Part shown: positions 10,584 to 26,001 of the stretch, piece after piece
Layout of the letters: every line of letters starts with the position of its first letter
Numbering within the stretch: position 1 is the stretch's first letter
DNA from: Escherichia coli
Lineage (GTDB): Bacteria > Pseudomonadota > Gammaproteobacteria > Enterobacterales > Enterobacteriaceae
Length of the DNA: 64,000 bases
NCBI RefSeq assembly: GCF_051903065.1
Contig: NZ_CP178438.1
Reading direction: 5' to 3' (one strand)
Translations under genes and position numbers: made by a program
Notes under the pieces: model-generated
Databases searched by the model: none
What the model was told of the DNA's origin: nothing
What the model saw: only the letters and a program-made list of their open reading frames with translations

Positions 10584-11750
10584 TCAGGCCTTATGGTGGA
10601 AATAATCACTCAGGCGAGAAAACATGCTGCCTTCCCCGACAGATTCCAGGGTAACCAGCGGCCAGTGCGCCACCTGTTTATCACGGTCGTAAAGTTCAAT
10701 TTCCCCTACCCGCTGATGGGCGCTAATTGGCGCGGTGAGCTCTTTACCATCAAGGGTATATTTGGCTTTGATATGTGGAATTTCGGCTTTCGGTAGTACC
10801 ATCCAGAACTCTTGTTCTGTTCCCAGGGCGATATTTTCTTTATCGCCATACCAGATGCGTTCCGTACCGACCTTTTTCCCACGGTGCAAAATTTGCACCG
10901 TAGTAAAGTTTTGTTGCCCCCAACGCAGTAATTTTCTTGCCTCTTCCTCACGACCTTTTGCGCTGTCAGCCCCCATTACCACTGCAATGAGACGACGCTG
11001 CCCATCTACAGCCGAAGCAATGAGATTAAACCCGGCACCAGAAGTATGACCCGTTTTCAGGCCGTCAATATTCATGGTTTTATCCCACAATAACCCGTTA
11101 CGGTTTTGCTGGGTGATACCGTTCCAGGTGAGACTTTTCTCACTGTACATATGATAAAACTCGGGCTCGCCGTGGATGATAGCGCGAGAAAGCACAGCTA
11201 AATCATAAGCCGAGCTATGCTGGCCAGGTGCATCCAGACCATGCACTGTTTCAAAATGCGTATCCTTGAGATGCAGCTTCTCGGCATAGTTGTTCATCAT
11301 TTCAACAAACTGCCGTTGCCCACCGGCAATATAGTCAGCCAGAGCAACACAAGCGTCATTTCCGGAATCAACAATTAAACCACGGCTTAAATCACGTACC
11401 GATACGCGATCGCCCTCTTTCAAAAACATCAGTGAAGAACCGACAAACACCGGATTATCTTTCGCCCACGCATCGCGCCCCACGGTGACAATATCGTCTG
11501 GCGTAATGCGATGACTATCGATAGCACGATCCACGACATAGCCCGTCATCAGCTTTGTCAGGCTGGCGGGATTGCGCTGTTGATGCTCATTACCCGCGGT
11601 GAGGATCTGTCCGGTGGTGTAATCCATCAGTACCCAGGACCCGGCATGAATCTCTGGAGGCTGAGGTGAAAAAGGAATGTTTTCCGCCGCAAAACCAGAC
11701 GATAAGTTAAAAACGAACAAAGAAGCAGCAATAATAAGACGGCGTTTCAA
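10584..11750 (-). CDS. dacD: D-alanyl-D-alanine carboxypeptidase (PBP6b)
   Basis: Signal peptide and the penicillin-binding motifs SLTK, SGN and KTG are all present in the translation; probable TTG start. Confidence 0.9.
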   Translation of the reverse strand: MKRRLIIAASLFVFNLSSGFAAENIPFSPQPPEIHAGSWVLMDYTTGQILTAGNEHQQRNPASLTKLMTGYVVDRAIDSHRITPDDIVTVGRDAWAKDNPVFVGSSLMFLKEGDRVSVRDLSRGLIVDSGNDACVALADYIAGGQRQFVEMMNNYAEKLHLKDTHFETVHGLDAPGQHSSAYDLAVLSRAIIHGEPEFYHMYSEKSLTWNGITQQNRNGLLWDKTMNIDGLKTGHTSGAGFNLIASAVDGQRRLIAVVMGADSAKGREEEARKLLRWGQQNFTTVQILHRGKKVGTERIWYGDKENIALGTEQEFWMVLPKAEIPHIKAKYTLDGKELTAPISAHQRVGEIELYDRDKQVAHWPLVTLESVGEGSMFSRLSDYFHHKA

Positions 11751-11958
11751 CAGCAAACCCTCAGGAGTTTCAAATAGCTGTTCTTTTTACGGAAATACTT
11801 ATGAACTGGCTGGAATAAAGTGCAAGAAAATGTGACTACTCTCTCATTTTTATCTGACATGATCTGTTGCCACTCGCTGCCAAATTGTGGCGCTAAAGCT
11901 GATTAGCACGGTGATATTTGATACTCTGGCAGACAGCAGAAATAACGGATTTAACCTA

Positions 11959-13386
11959 ATGATGAATGACGGTAAGCAACAATCTACCTTTTTGTTTCAC
12001 GATTACGAAACCTTTGGCACGCACCCCGCGTTAGATCGCCCTGCACAGTTCGCAGCCATTCGCACCGATAGCGAATTCAATGTCATCGGCGAACCCGAAG
12101 TCTTTTACTGCAAGCCCGCTGATGACTATTTACCCCAGCCAGGAGCAGTATTAATTACCGGTATTACCCCGCAGGAAGCACGGGCGAAAGGAGAAAACGA
12201 AGCCGCGTTTGCCGCCCGTATTCACTCGCTTTTTACCGTACCGAAGACCTGTATTCTGGGCTACAACAATGTGCGTTTCGACGACGAAGTCACACGCAAC
12301 GTTTTTTATCGTAATTTCTACGATCCTTACGCCTGGAGCTGGCAGCATGATAACTCGCGCTGGGATTTACTGGATGTTATGCGTGCCTGTTATGCCCTGC
12401 GCCCGGAAGGAATAAACTGGCCTGAAAATGATGACGGTCTACCGAGCTTTCGCCTTGAGCATTTAACCAAAGCGAATGGTATTGAACATAGCAACGCCCA
12501 CGATGCGATGGCTGATGTGTACGCCACTATTGCGATGGCAAAGCTGGTAAAAACGCGTCAGCCACGCCTGTTTGATTATCTCTTTACCCATCGCAATAAA
12601 CACAAACTGATGGCGTTGATTGATGTTCCGCAGATGAAACCCCTGGTTCACGTTTCCGGAATGTTTGGGGCATGGCGCGGCAATACCAGCTGGGTGGCAC
12701 CGCTGGCGTGGCATCCTGAAAATCGCAATGCCGTAATTATGGTGGATTTGGCAGGAGACATTTCGCCATTACTGGAACTGGATAGCGACACATTGCGCGA
12801 GCGTTTATATACCGCAAAAGCCGATCTTGGCGATAACGCCGCCGTTCCGGTTAAGCTGGTGCATATCAATAAATGTCCGGTGCTGGCCCAGGCGAATACG
12901 CTACGCCCGGAAGATGCCGACCGACTGGGAATTAATCGTCAGCATTGCCTCGATAACCTGAAAATTCTGCGTGAAAATCCGCAAGTGCGCGAAAAAGTGG
13001 TGGCGATATTCGCGGAAGCCGAACCGTTTACGCCTTCAGATAACGTGGATGCACAGCTTTATAACGGCTTTTTCAGTGACGCCGATCGTGCAGCAATGAA
13101 AATTGTGCTGGAAACCGAGCCACGTAATTTACCGGCACTGGATATCACTTTTGTTGATAAACGAATTGAAAAACTGTTGTTCAATTATCGGGCGCGCAAC
13201 TTCCCGGGGACGCTGGATTATGCCGAGCAGCAACGCTGGCTGGAGCACCGCCGCCAGGTATTCACACCCGAGTTTTTACAAGGCTATGCAGAAGAGATTC
13301 AGATGCTGGCGCAGCAGTATGCCGACGATAAAGAAAAAGTGGCGCTGTTAAAAGCGCTTTGGCAGTACGCGGAAGAGATCGTCTAG
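11959..13386 (+). CDS. sbcB: Exodeoxyribonuclease I
   Basis: ATG at 11959 gives MMNDGKQQSTFLFHDYETFGTHPALDRPAQFAAIRTD... (DEDDh exonuclease motif). Confidence 0.92.
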   Translation: MMNDGKQQSTFLFHDYETFGTHPALDRPAQFAAIRTDSEFNVIGEPEVFYCKPADDYLPQPGAVLITGITPQEARAKGENEAAFAARIHSLFTVPKTCILGYNNVRFDDEVTRNVFYRNFYDPYAWSWQHDNSRWDLLDVMRACYALRPEGINWPENDDGLPSFRLEHLTKANGIEHSNAHDAMADVYATIAMAKLVKTRQPRLFDYLFTHRNKHKLMALIDVPQMKPLVHVSGMFGAWRGNTSWVAPLAWHPENRNAVIMVDLAGDISPLLELDSDTLRERLYTAKADLGDNAAVPVKLVHINKCPVLAQANTLRPEDADRLGINRQHCLDNLKILRENPQVREKVVAIFAEAEPFTPSDNVDAQLYNGFFSDADRAAMKIVLETEPRNLPALDITFVDKRIEKLLFNYRARNFPGTLDYAEQQRWLEHRRQVFTPEFLQGYAEEIQMLAQQYADDKEKVALLKALWQYAEEIV

Positions 13387-13428
13387 TTTGAAGCCTCCGC
13401 CGCTGATACGGCGGAGGACAATGTTGGG

Positions 13429-13656
13429 TCAGGCTTTTTGAACGGTGATGCTCCACGCAGCATCGCCAATCTGCTGATAATCGGTGATGGCATGTCCTTC
13501 TTCTGCCGCCCACTGTGGGATTGCTTCAGTTGCCTGGGTGCAATCAAACTCAATTACCAACTCATCGCCGCTGGCCATTTCTGCCAGTGCTGCTTTTGCT
13601 TCTATGAGCGGAAACGGACAGACCTGCGTCACCACATCCAGCTTTTTAATCGCCAT
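13429..13656 (-). CDS. yeeD: TusA-like sulfurtransferase
   Basis: 75-aa ORF with CPFP motif (MAIKKLDVVTQVCPFPLIEAK...), convergent with sbcB. Confidence 0.85.
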   Translation of the reverse strand: MAIKKLDVVTQVCPFPLIEAKAALAEMASGDELVIEFDCTQATEAIPQWAAEEGHAITDYQQIGDAAWSITVQKA

Positions 13657-13669
13657 CTTTACACCTTAC

Positions 13670-14728
13670 TTAATTTGCCGCAGCAGTTGCCAGTCGCGCC
13701 TTACGCTGCGGTCGAACATACACAAGCCAGGACGCAGTCCAGACTCCGAGAATCATAAATACAAGGCCAATCCAGCCCTGCCAGGTCATCATTGCAGTCA
13801 TAACCAGTCCATTACCGATAGAGCAACCACCTGCAATACTGGCACCGAAGCCCATCAGTACACCACCTAACCCGCTACGTACTGTTGTTTGTGCATCAGC
13901 TGCGCGAACGCGGAACTCACGGCTCGCTTTGGCTGCAATAAATGACCCCACGAAGATCCCTAACACCAGGAAAACGCCCCAGTTAATGTATTTCACGTCA
14001 CCCGCGACCAGAAATTGCAGAATATTGGCCGTTGGGGAAGTGATTCCTAACCCAAACATGCGTCCGGTTGCTTCACTCAGGGGCCAGGCTAAAAGCGCAA
14101 TCAAACCGATGAGTACAGCAGTGACAAAGGGATGCCAGCGTTTTTCAAACAGAATATGAGCGATCCCGGTTCGGCGCGGCGGTAAAGTCGCGACTTTCAG
14201 TTTTGGCTTCTTCAACTCTTTCATCACCACCCAGAGCGTTATCACCAGCAAAACGGCGACCAACGGCCACACAGACAAATTAAAAGTCTCAGCAATAGAG
14301 TTATGTTCAGTAGTGTAGTGCTGCAAGGTTTGATTTAAACCACTGGCATGTGGAGAACGCATCACCGCACTCATCACCATATAAGTGAAAAGCGCGATCC
14401 AACTGCCGATCAATCCCTCACCCGCGCGATACCAGGTCCCGGTGGCACATCCACCCGCCAGAACAATTCCCAGCCCGAAGATATACCCACCTATAACAGT
14501 ACCAAGCCACGGGAACGCCCCGGCTTCGTAAGTCAGTAGGCCCGCCTGAATTAACGCAAAAACCCCCACGCTTTGTACCGAAATTGCAATCAGCAGGGCG
14601 TAAAACATGCGATTATTTTTCGCGATATACATATCGCGAAAACCACCTGTCAGGCAAAAACGCCCACGCTGCATGACAAATCCCAGCAGAGCACCACAAA
14701 TTAGCCCGCTTAATATCATTGAAAACAT
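13670..14728 (-). CDS. yeeE: YeeE/YedE-family inner-membrane transporter (thiosulfate uptake)
   Basis: 352-aa hydrophobic polytopic protein immediately upstream of yeeD. Confidence 0.85.
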   Translation of the reverse strand: MFSMILSGLICGALLGFVMQRGRFCLTGGFRDMYIAKNNRMFYALLIAISVQSVGVFALIQAGLLTYEAGAFPWLGTVIGGYIFGLGIVLAGGCATGTWYRAGEGLIGSWIALFTYMVMSAVMRSPHASGLNQTLQHYTTEHNSIAETFNLSVWPLVAVLLVITLWVVMKELKKPKLKVATLPPRRTGIAHILFEKRWHPFVTAVLIGLIALLAWPLSEATGRMFGLGITSPTANILQFLVAGDVKYINWGVFLVLGIFVGSFIAAKASREFRVRAADAQTTVRSGLGGVLMGFGASIAGGCSIGNGLVMTAMMTWQGWIGLVFMILGVWTASWLVYVRPQRKARLATAAAN

Positions 14729-14851
14729 AAATTAATTAACCAGATGAATGTTAATGAGGAAATTATTCATGACTGGTGGAATGCAGACCAATAACCAAAT
14801 TCTCTAAATTAGAACAAATGGTTATTAATGAGGATTTCGATAAAAAAGAAT

Positions 14852-14888
14852 AAAAAAACCGGAGCCAAATGTTCATTCGACTCCGGTT
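14852..14888 (-). terminator. Rho-independent terminator downstream of plaP
   Basis: Minus-strand stem AACCGGAGTCGAATGAACATTTGGCTCCGGTT followed by a T-run. Confidence 0.6.
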
Positions 14889-14906
14889 GATTATTAGAAA
14901 AGATGA

Positions 14907-16265
14907 TTATGCTACGTCTTCGTACTGCGGAACCGGGTTACGGAAGCTCTTGGTGACGCAAGCCAGGTAAATCAGACCGATAGCAGCCCAGATCAGACCC
15001 AGAACCATTGAGCTTTCTTCCAGGTTAACCCACAGTGCACCAACGGTCAGCGCACCACACATCGGCAGGAACAGATACTGGAAGTGATCTTTCAGCGTCT
15101 TATTACGCTTCTCACGGATCCAGAACTGCGAGATGACCGACAGGTTAACGAAGGTAAACGCCACCAGCGCACCAAAGTTGATCAGCGCCGTAGCCATTAC
15201 CAGGTCGAAGTTGATTGCCAGCAAGGCAATCGCGCCAACCAGGATGATGTTCATCGCCGGAGTACGCCATTTCGGGTGTACATAACCGAAGAAGCTTTTC
15301 GGGAACACGCCGTCACGACCCATTACGTACATCAGACGCGCTACGCCTGCGTGCGCCGCCATACCGGACGCCAGTACGGTAATGGTGGAGAAGATCAGCG
15401 CGCCAACCTGGAACGCTTTACCCGCAACGTACAGCATAATTTCAGGCTGTGACGCATCCGGATCTTTAAAGCGAGAGATATCCGGGAAGTACAGCTGCAG
15501 GAAGTAAGTTGCAAAGATGAAGATCATGCCGCCAATCAGCGCGGTAAGGAAAATCGCACGCGGGATCACGCGCTCTGCATCTTTGGTTTCTTCCGACAGG
15601 TTGCTGATGCCGTCAAAGCCGGTAAAGGAGAAGCACAGGATTGTCGCCCCGGTAATCATCGGGATAACATGCGCATCGCCAGACCAGAATGGACGAGTGC
15701 TCGCCAGCGTACCAGCGCCTTCACCTTCAAATACGCCATAAACAACCATGCCCAGAATCACCGCGATCAGCACTACCTGCAACACGACGATTACAGTGTT
15801 GAAGTTCGCTACGGATTTCAGACTACGCAGGTTAAAGGCGGTCATAAAGGCCACCAGCGCCACCACAAACATCCACGATGGGATGGAAGGCACCAGAGCT
15901 TCAAAATAGATTTTCGCCAGCAGAATGTTGATCATCGGCGCGAACAGATAGTCGAGCAGAGAAGACCAACCCACCATAAAGCCGACAGTCGGGCTAATGG
16001 ATTTCTGGGCGTAAGTATATGCAGAGCCAGCAGAAGGATAGCGGCGAACCAGCTTCCCGTAGCTCAGAGCCGTAAACAGGATCGCAATCAATGCGAACGC
16101 ATAGGCTGTCGGCACATGACCATCCGTGAGGCCTGAAACGATACCAAAAGTATCAAACAGCGTCATCGGCTGCATATAGGCAAGACCCATCATTACAACC
16201 GGAACTAACGTAAGCGTTTTACGCAATTCCACGCGAGAGGTGTTTGGAGTAACGTTATGCGACAT
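14907..16265 (-). CDS. plaP: Putrescine importer (APC-family amino acid/polyamine permease)
   Basis: ATG at 16263-16265 gives [16 protein letters not shown]...; 12-TM permease. Confidence 0.9.
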   Translation of the reverse strand: MSHNVTPNTSRVELRKTLTLVPVVMMGLAYMQPMTLFDTFGIVSGLTDGHVPTAYAFALIAILFTALSYGKLVRRYPSAGSAYTYAQKSISPTVGFMVGWSSLLDYLFAPMINILLAKIYFEALVPSIPSWMFVVALVAFMTAFNLRSLKSVANFNTVIVVLQVVLIAVILGMVVYGVFEGEGAGTLASTRPFWSGDAHVIPMITGATILCFSFTGFDGISNLSEETKDAERVIPRAIFLTALIGGMIFIFATYFLQLYFPDISRFKDPDASQPEIMLYVAGKAFQVGALIFSTITVLASGMAAHAGVARLMYVMGRDGVFPKSFFGYVHPKWRTPAMNIILVGAIALLAINFDLVMATALINFGALVAFTFVNLSVISQFWIREKRNKTLKDHFQYLFLPMCGALTVGALWVNLEESSMVLGLIWAAIGLIYLACVTKSFRNPVPQYEDVA

Positions 16266-16411
16266 GGTCATTCTCCTTTACGGTGATAACCGTCGCGTAA
16301 GCAAAAAATTGCCCCATTTTTTTGGATTCCTCAGCGACAACAACTGTCGATTTTTAGTAAATATCTATCCGGTACGAAGCCCGGCCTCTTGGTATGAATG
16401 ATTGGTTTGAA

Positions 16412-16449
16412 GCAAAAAATAACCGACGCTGATGAAACGTCGGTTTTTA
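16412..16449 (-). terminator. Candidate terminator downstream of yeeY
   Basis: Stem AACCGACG...CGTCGGTT with T-runs on both sides. Confidence 0.5.
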
Positions 16450-16531
16450 GTCATTTTTTGACAGCGGCGCATTGTGCCTAAATGGGGGGGAAATGACAAG
16501 AGAATGAGAGGCTTGTCATAATAATTTTTCT

Positions 16532-17461
16532 TTAAATGGCTGATTTTCCGTCATCAGATTTTGCATAAACACCGGCGATCGCACTATTTGCTAAAATTTC
16601 ATCCCGCCACCAGCCGCTGGCAAGCCCTGCGGTCTGTTCATTCCAGCCAATCCAGACGGGTTCAAAGAGAGTTTGGGCGACCACTTTCTTCTCGATTAAC
16701 GCGCCACTATCGAGAAAACGTTGCGCCAGATAACGGGGTAAATAGCCGCAGCCGAGGCCGCTAATTTGCAGCTCCAGCTTGGTTTTAAAATCGAAAACGG
16801 TAATGGCTTCTTGTTCGTCGAGAAGTTGTGAGGCCGTAGAAGCGCCTGCCTGCGCAGTGTCCCCCACCACAATCGCCCGATATCGCTTAATGATACGACG
16901 GTTTAACGGCTCTTCTTCCTGGGCTAACGGATGATGAGGCGCGACCGCAAAGACTTGTTCCAGATCGCCCAACCGCGAGAAACCAAACTCACTGGAAGAT
17001 GGTGGCTCATGCATCGCGCCAACAATAATATCCGCTCGCCCCTGAGTCAGGGCATCCCATGAACCACCGAGTACGCCATTGATAAACTTCAGGCGCGTCA
17101 CGCTATGATGTTGATAAAAAGCTTCAATGAGTGGCGCAAGCAGAGAAAAAGGAAACGTGTCGTCCACGCCAATCACCAGTTCGTTTTCCCAGCCTTCATG
17201 CAGTTTGATCGCCTGCTTTTCCAGTTCCCGCACGGTATGCAGAACTTCCCGCCCTTTCTCTAATAACATTTTTCCGGTGCGGGTGAATTTAGCGCGGTGA
17301 CCGCTACGATCAAGCAATTGAATATTAAGGTCGCTTTCCAGCTTGTGAACGGTGTAACTCAGAGCGGACGGCGTCTTGTAGAGTTTGGCCGACGCCGCCG
17401 CAAAACTGCCTTCTTTTTCTAAGGCATCGAGGATCATCAACACATCCAGCAGTGGTTTCAT
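16532..17461 (-). CDS. yeeY: LysR-family transcriptional regulator
   Basis: Internal ATG at 17459-17461 gives MKPLLDVLMILDALEKEGSFAAASAKLYKTPSALSYTVHKLE... Confidence 0.85.
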   Translation of the reverse strand: MKPLLDVLMILDALEKEGSFAAASAKLYKTPSALSYTVHKLESDLNIQLLDRSGHRAKFTRTGKMLLEKGREVLHTVRELEKQAIKLHEGWENELVIGVDDTFPFSLLAPLIEAFYQHHSVTRLKFINGVLGGSWDALTQGRADIIVGAMHEPPSSSEFGFSRLGDLEQVFAVAPHHPLAQEEEPLNRRIIKRYRAIVVGDTAQAGASTASQLLDEQEAITVFDFKTKLELQISGLGCGYLPRYLAQRFLDSGALIEKKVVAQTLFEPVWIGWNEQTAGLASGWWRDEILANSAIAGVYAKSDDGKSAI

Positions 17462-17506
17462 ACACGCCCCCTTGCAGTGCATGCGGCGTCCTGCTGGCGT
17501 GATCGT

Positions 17507-18331
17507 TTACTCCAGCGGCATTACCAGCGGATCGGGATACTGGTATTCAAACCCCAGTTCATTACAAATCCGACTGCCATCAATAATCTTACCTTTGCCG
17601 CTGTCCAGACTATTTCTGAACTGCGGAGGTTCCAGCCCCAGTAAACGGGCCATCTGCGGATAGAAAACATTACGCGCAGGGTGAGCTGGCGCACATATAT
17701 TATAGATGTGTCCGCCTTTAGGTGCCTGTAACAACAGAGTGATAGCGCCAATAACATCTTCTAAATGGACTAAATTAACACCATGTTCACCATCAGGCGC
17801 AGTTTTTCCGGCAAAGAAGCGTCCGGGATGACGTCCCGGTCCGACCAGCCCCGCAAGACGCAGAATATCGACCGAAGTACCGGGTAAATTGTGCAGCCAG
17901 TCTTCGAGTTCTTCTAATACTCGTCCACTGTTGGTCACCGGATTACGCGGGGTGGTTTCTTTCACCGTGCCTTGCGCGTCGCCATAGACAGACGTTGAGC
18001 TGGTAAAAATAATGCGGGGAATACGATGGGCCAGCGCGCTATCCACTAACTCTTGTACCGCTTGTAAATAGAACTCATCGCCGGGGCCGCTACGACGTGC
18101 CGGAAGCGTAATGACCAGGGCGTCGGCATCCATCAGGGCATCCAGATCGTCAGAATCGCAAACTAACTCAGGCTCCATGCGAAGCAGATAGCTATCAATG
18201 CCACTCATTCGGGCCGCTTCGACACCATCTTGTGTGGTTTTACTCCCGGTGACTTGCCAGCCTCGCGCTGAAAGTGACATCGCCAGCGGCATGCCTAACC
18301 ACCCTAACCCGACAATTGCGACCTTTTTCAT
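17507..18331 (-). CDS. yeeZ: NAD(P)-binding Rossmann-fold protein (epimerase/dehydratase-like)
   Basis: 274-aa ORF MKKVAIVGLGWLGMPLAMSL... Confidence 0.85.
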   Translation of the reverse strand: MKKVAIVGLGWLGMPLAMSLSARGWQVTGSKTTQDGVEAARMSGIDSYLLRMEPELVCDSDDLDALMDADALVITLPARRSGPGDEFYLQAVQELVDSALAHRIPRIIFTSSTSVYGDAQGTVKETTPRNPVTNSGRVLEELEDWLHNLPGTSVDILRLAGLVGPGRHPGRFFAGKTAPDGEHGVNLVHLEDVIGAITLLLQAPKGGHIYNICAPAHPARNVFYPQMARLLGLEPPQFRNSLDSGKGKIIDGSRICNELGFEYQYPDPLVMPLE

Positions 18332-18435
18332 CCGTTATCTCCTGATACACCTTAGATCTATAAGGCTACGCTAGCGTATCAAAACTGACAATTCATTCTA
18401 TGAATGAAATCGAAACGGTTAGCAAATATACCATT

Positions 18436-18535
18436 GCCTGATGCGCTCCGCTTATCAGTCCTACAAAAACTTCAATATATTGAATTTACGCAACATTTGT
18501 AGACCAGATAAGGCATTCACGCCGCATCCGGCAGG
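18436..18535. repeat. REP/BIME palindromic units
   Basis: GCCTGATGCGCTCCGCTTATCAGTCCTACA ... TGTAGACCAGATAAGGCATTCACGCCGCATCCGGCAGG; same family as the REPs inside the colanic acid operon. Confidence 0.65.
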
Positions 18536-18689
18536 AACAAAGCCCACTTTAGTTACAGAACACAATGTTCTTGAGGGTTTTAAAGACATATTTTCACGAT
18601 TACTTCTCTAACGTAGTCACTCCAGGCCCCCACCTTTCCCCGCTCATTCATTAAACAAATCCATTGCCATAAAATATATAAAAAAGCCC

Positions 18690-18719
18690 TTGCTTTCTAA
18701 CGTGAAAGTGGTTTAGGTT
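18690..18719 (+). promoter_or_regulatory. Candidate his operon promoter (-35 TTGCTT, -10 TAGGTTA-like)
   Basis: TTGCTT, about 17-18 nt spacer, then TTAGGTTA, roughly 40 nt upstream of hisL. Confidence 0.45.
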
Positions 18720-18757
18720 AAAAGACATCAGTTGAATAAACATTCACAGAGACTTTT

Positions 18758-18808
18758 ATGACACGCGTTCAATTTAAACACCACCATCATCACCATCATC
18801 CTGACTAG
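18758..18808 (+). CDS. hisL: his operon leader peptide
   Basis: ATG ACA CGC GTT CAA TTT AAA CAC CAC CAT CAT CAC CAT CAT CCT GAC TAG = MTRVQFKHHHHHHHPD with seven consecutive His codons. Confidence 0.92.
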   Translation: MTRVQFKHHHHHHHPD

Positions 18809-18869
18809 TCTTTCAGGCGATGTGTGCTGGAAGACATTCAGATCTTCCAGTGGTGCATGAACGCATGAG

Positions 18870-18908
18870 AAAGCCCCCGGAAGATCACCTTCCGGGGGCT
18901 TTTTTATT
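18870..18908 (+). terminator. his attenuator terminator hairpin
   Basis: AGCCCCCGGAAGATCACCTTCCGGGGGCTTTTTTATT between hisL and hisG. Confidence 0.88.
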
Positions 18909-18953
18909 GCGCGATTGATAACGGTTCAGACAGGTTTAAAGAGGAATAAGAAA

Positions 18954-19853
18954 ATGACAGACAACACTCGTTTACGCATAGCTATGCAGAAATCCGGCCG
19001 TTTAAGTGATGACTCACGTGAATTGCTGGCGCGCTGTGGCATTAAAATCAATCTTCACACCCAGCGCCTGATCGCGATGGCAGAAAACATGCCGATTGAT
19101 ATTCTGCGCGTGCGTGACGACGACATTCCCGGTCTGGTAATGGATGGCGTGGTAGACCTTGGGATTATCGGCGAAAACGTGCTGGAAGAAGAACTGCTTA
19201 ACCGCCGCGCCCAGGGTGAAGATCCGCGCTACTTTACCCTGCGTCGTCTGGATTTCGGCGGCTGCCGACTTTCACTGGCAACGCCGGTTGATGAAGCCTG
19301 GGACGGCCCGCTCTCCTTAAACGGTAAACGTATCGCCACCTCTTATCCTCACCTGCTCAAGCGTTATCTCGACCAGAAAGGCATCTCTTTTAAATCCTGC
19401 TTACTGAACGGTTCTGTTGAAGTCGCCCCGCGTGCCGGACTGGCGGATGCGATTTGCGATCTGGTTTCCACCGGTGCCACGCTGGAAGCAAACGGCCTGC
19501 GCGAAGTCGAAGTTATCTACCGCTCGAAAGCCTGCCTGATACAACGCGATGGCGAAATGGAAGAATCCAAACAGCAACTGATCGACAAACTGCTGACCCG
19601 TATTCAGGGCGTGATCCAGGCGCGCGAATCAAAATACATCATGATGCACGCACCGACCGAACGTCTGGATGAAGTCATCGCCCTGCTGCCAGGTGCCGAA
19701 CGCCCAACCATTCTGCCGCTGGCGGGTGACCAACAGCGCGTAGCGATGCACATGGTCAGTAGCGAAACCCTGTTCTGGGAAACGATGGAAAAACTGAAAG
19801 CGCTGGGAGCCAGTTCAATCCTGGTCCTGCCGATTGAGAAGATGATGGAGTGA
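18954..19853 (+). CDS. hisG: ATP phosphoribosyltransferase
   Basis: [20 protein letters not shown]...; RBS AGAGGAATAAG upstream. Confidence 0.95.
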
Positions 19854-19858
19854 TCGCC

Positions 19859-22229
<2,371 letters not shown>

Positions 22230-22230
<1 letters not shown>

Positions 22231-23296
22231 TGAGTCAGAAGTATCTTTTTATCGATCGCGATGGAACCCTGATTAGCGAACCGCCGAGTGATTTTCAGGT
22301 GGACCGTTTTGACAAACTCGCCTTTGAACCGGGCGTGATCCCGGAGCTACTGAAGCTGCAAAAAGCGGGCTACAAGCTGGTGATGATCACTAATCAGGAT
22401 GGTCTGGGAACACAAAGTTTCCCGCAGGCAGATTTCGATGGCCCGCACAACCTGATGATGCAGATCTTCACCTCGCAAGGCGTGCAGTTTGATGAAGTGC
22501 TGATTTGTCCGCACCTGCCCGCCGATGAGTGCGACTGCCGTAAGCCGAAAGTGAAACTGGTGGAAGGTTACCTCGCTGAGCAAGCGATGGATCGTGCCAA
22601 CAGTTATGTGATTGGCGATCGCGCGACCGATATTCAACTGGCGGAAAACATGGGCATTAATGGTTTACGCTATGACCGCGAAACCCTGAACTGGCCAATG
22701 ATTGGCGAGCAACTCACCAGACGTGATCGTTACGCCCACGTGTTGCGCAACACCAAAGAGACGCAGATTGACGTCCAGGTGTGGCTGGATCGTGAAGGTG
22801 GCAGCAAGATTAACACCGGCGTTGGCTTCTTTGATCACATGCTGGATCAGATCGCCACCCACGGCGGTTTCCGCATGGAAATCAACGTCAAAGGCGACCT
22901 CTATATCGACGATCACCACACCGTCGAAGATACCGGTCTGGCGCTGGGCGAAGCATTAAAAATCGCCCTCGGCGACAAACGCGGTATTTGCCGCTTCGGT
23001 TTTGTGCTGCCGATGGACGAATGCCTTGCCCGCTGCGCGCTGGATATCTCTGGTCGCCCGCACCTGGAATATAAAGCTGAATTTACCTACCAGCGCGTGG
23101 GCGATCTCAGCACTGAAATGATCGAGCACTTCTTCCGTTCGCTCTCATACACCATGGGCGTGACGTTGCACCTGAAAACCAAAGGTAAAAACGATCACCA
23201 CCGTGTAGAGAGCCTGTTCAAAGCCTTTGGTCGCACCCTGCGCCAGGCCATCCGCGTGGAAGGCGACACCCTGCCCTCGTCGAAAGGAGTGCTGTA

Positions 23297-23297
<1 letters not shown>
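22230..23297 (+). CDS. hisB: Bifunctional histidinol-phosphatase / imidazoleglycerol-phosphate dehydratase
   Basis: [19 protein letters not shown]...; start overlaps the hisC stop. Confidence 0.95.
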
Positions 23298-25375
<2,078 letters not shown>

Positions 25376-25382
<7 letters not shown>

Positions 25383-25987
25383 CAGAACAACAACGCCGCG
25401 AACTGGACTGGGAAAAAACCGACGGACTGATGCCGGTGATTGTGCAACACGCGGTATCCGGTGAAGTGTTAATGCTGGGCTATATGAACCCGGAAGCTCT
25501 GGACAAAACCATCGAAAGCGGCAAAGTCACCTTTTTCTCCCGCACTAAACAGCGACTGTGGACCAAAGGCGAAACGTCGGGCAATTTCCTCAATGTGGTG
25601 AGTATTGCCCCGGACTGCGACAACGACACGTTACTGGTACTGGCGAATCCCATCGGCCCAACCTGCCACAAAGGCACCAGCAGCTGTTTCGGCGACACCG
25701 CTCACCAGTGGCTGTTCCTTTATCAACTGGAACAACTGCTCGCCGAACGTAAATCTGCCGACCCGGAAACCTCCTACACCGCCAAACTGTATGCCAGCGG
25801 CACCAAGCGCATTGCGCAGAAAGTGGGTGAAGAAGGCGTGGAAACCGCACTGGCAGCAACGGTACATGACCGCTTTGAGCTGACCAACGAGGCATCTGAC
25901 TTGATGTATCACCTGCTGGTGCTGTTGCAGGATCAGGATCTGGATTTAACGACGGTAATTGAGAACCTGCGTAAACGGCATCAGTGA
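25376..25987 (+). CDS. hisI: Bifunctional phosphoribosyl-AMP cyclohydrolase / phosphoribosyl-ATP pyrophosphatase
   Basis: [38 protein letters not shown]... Confidence 0.95.
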
Positions 25988-26001
25988 GTTGCGGGGTAAG
26001 T

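Noticed and set aside
18781-18801. Run of His codons resembling an engineered His-tag
   Set aside because: Its context (16-codon ORF, attenuator hairpin, immediately upstream of hisG) identifies it as the native his leader peptide.
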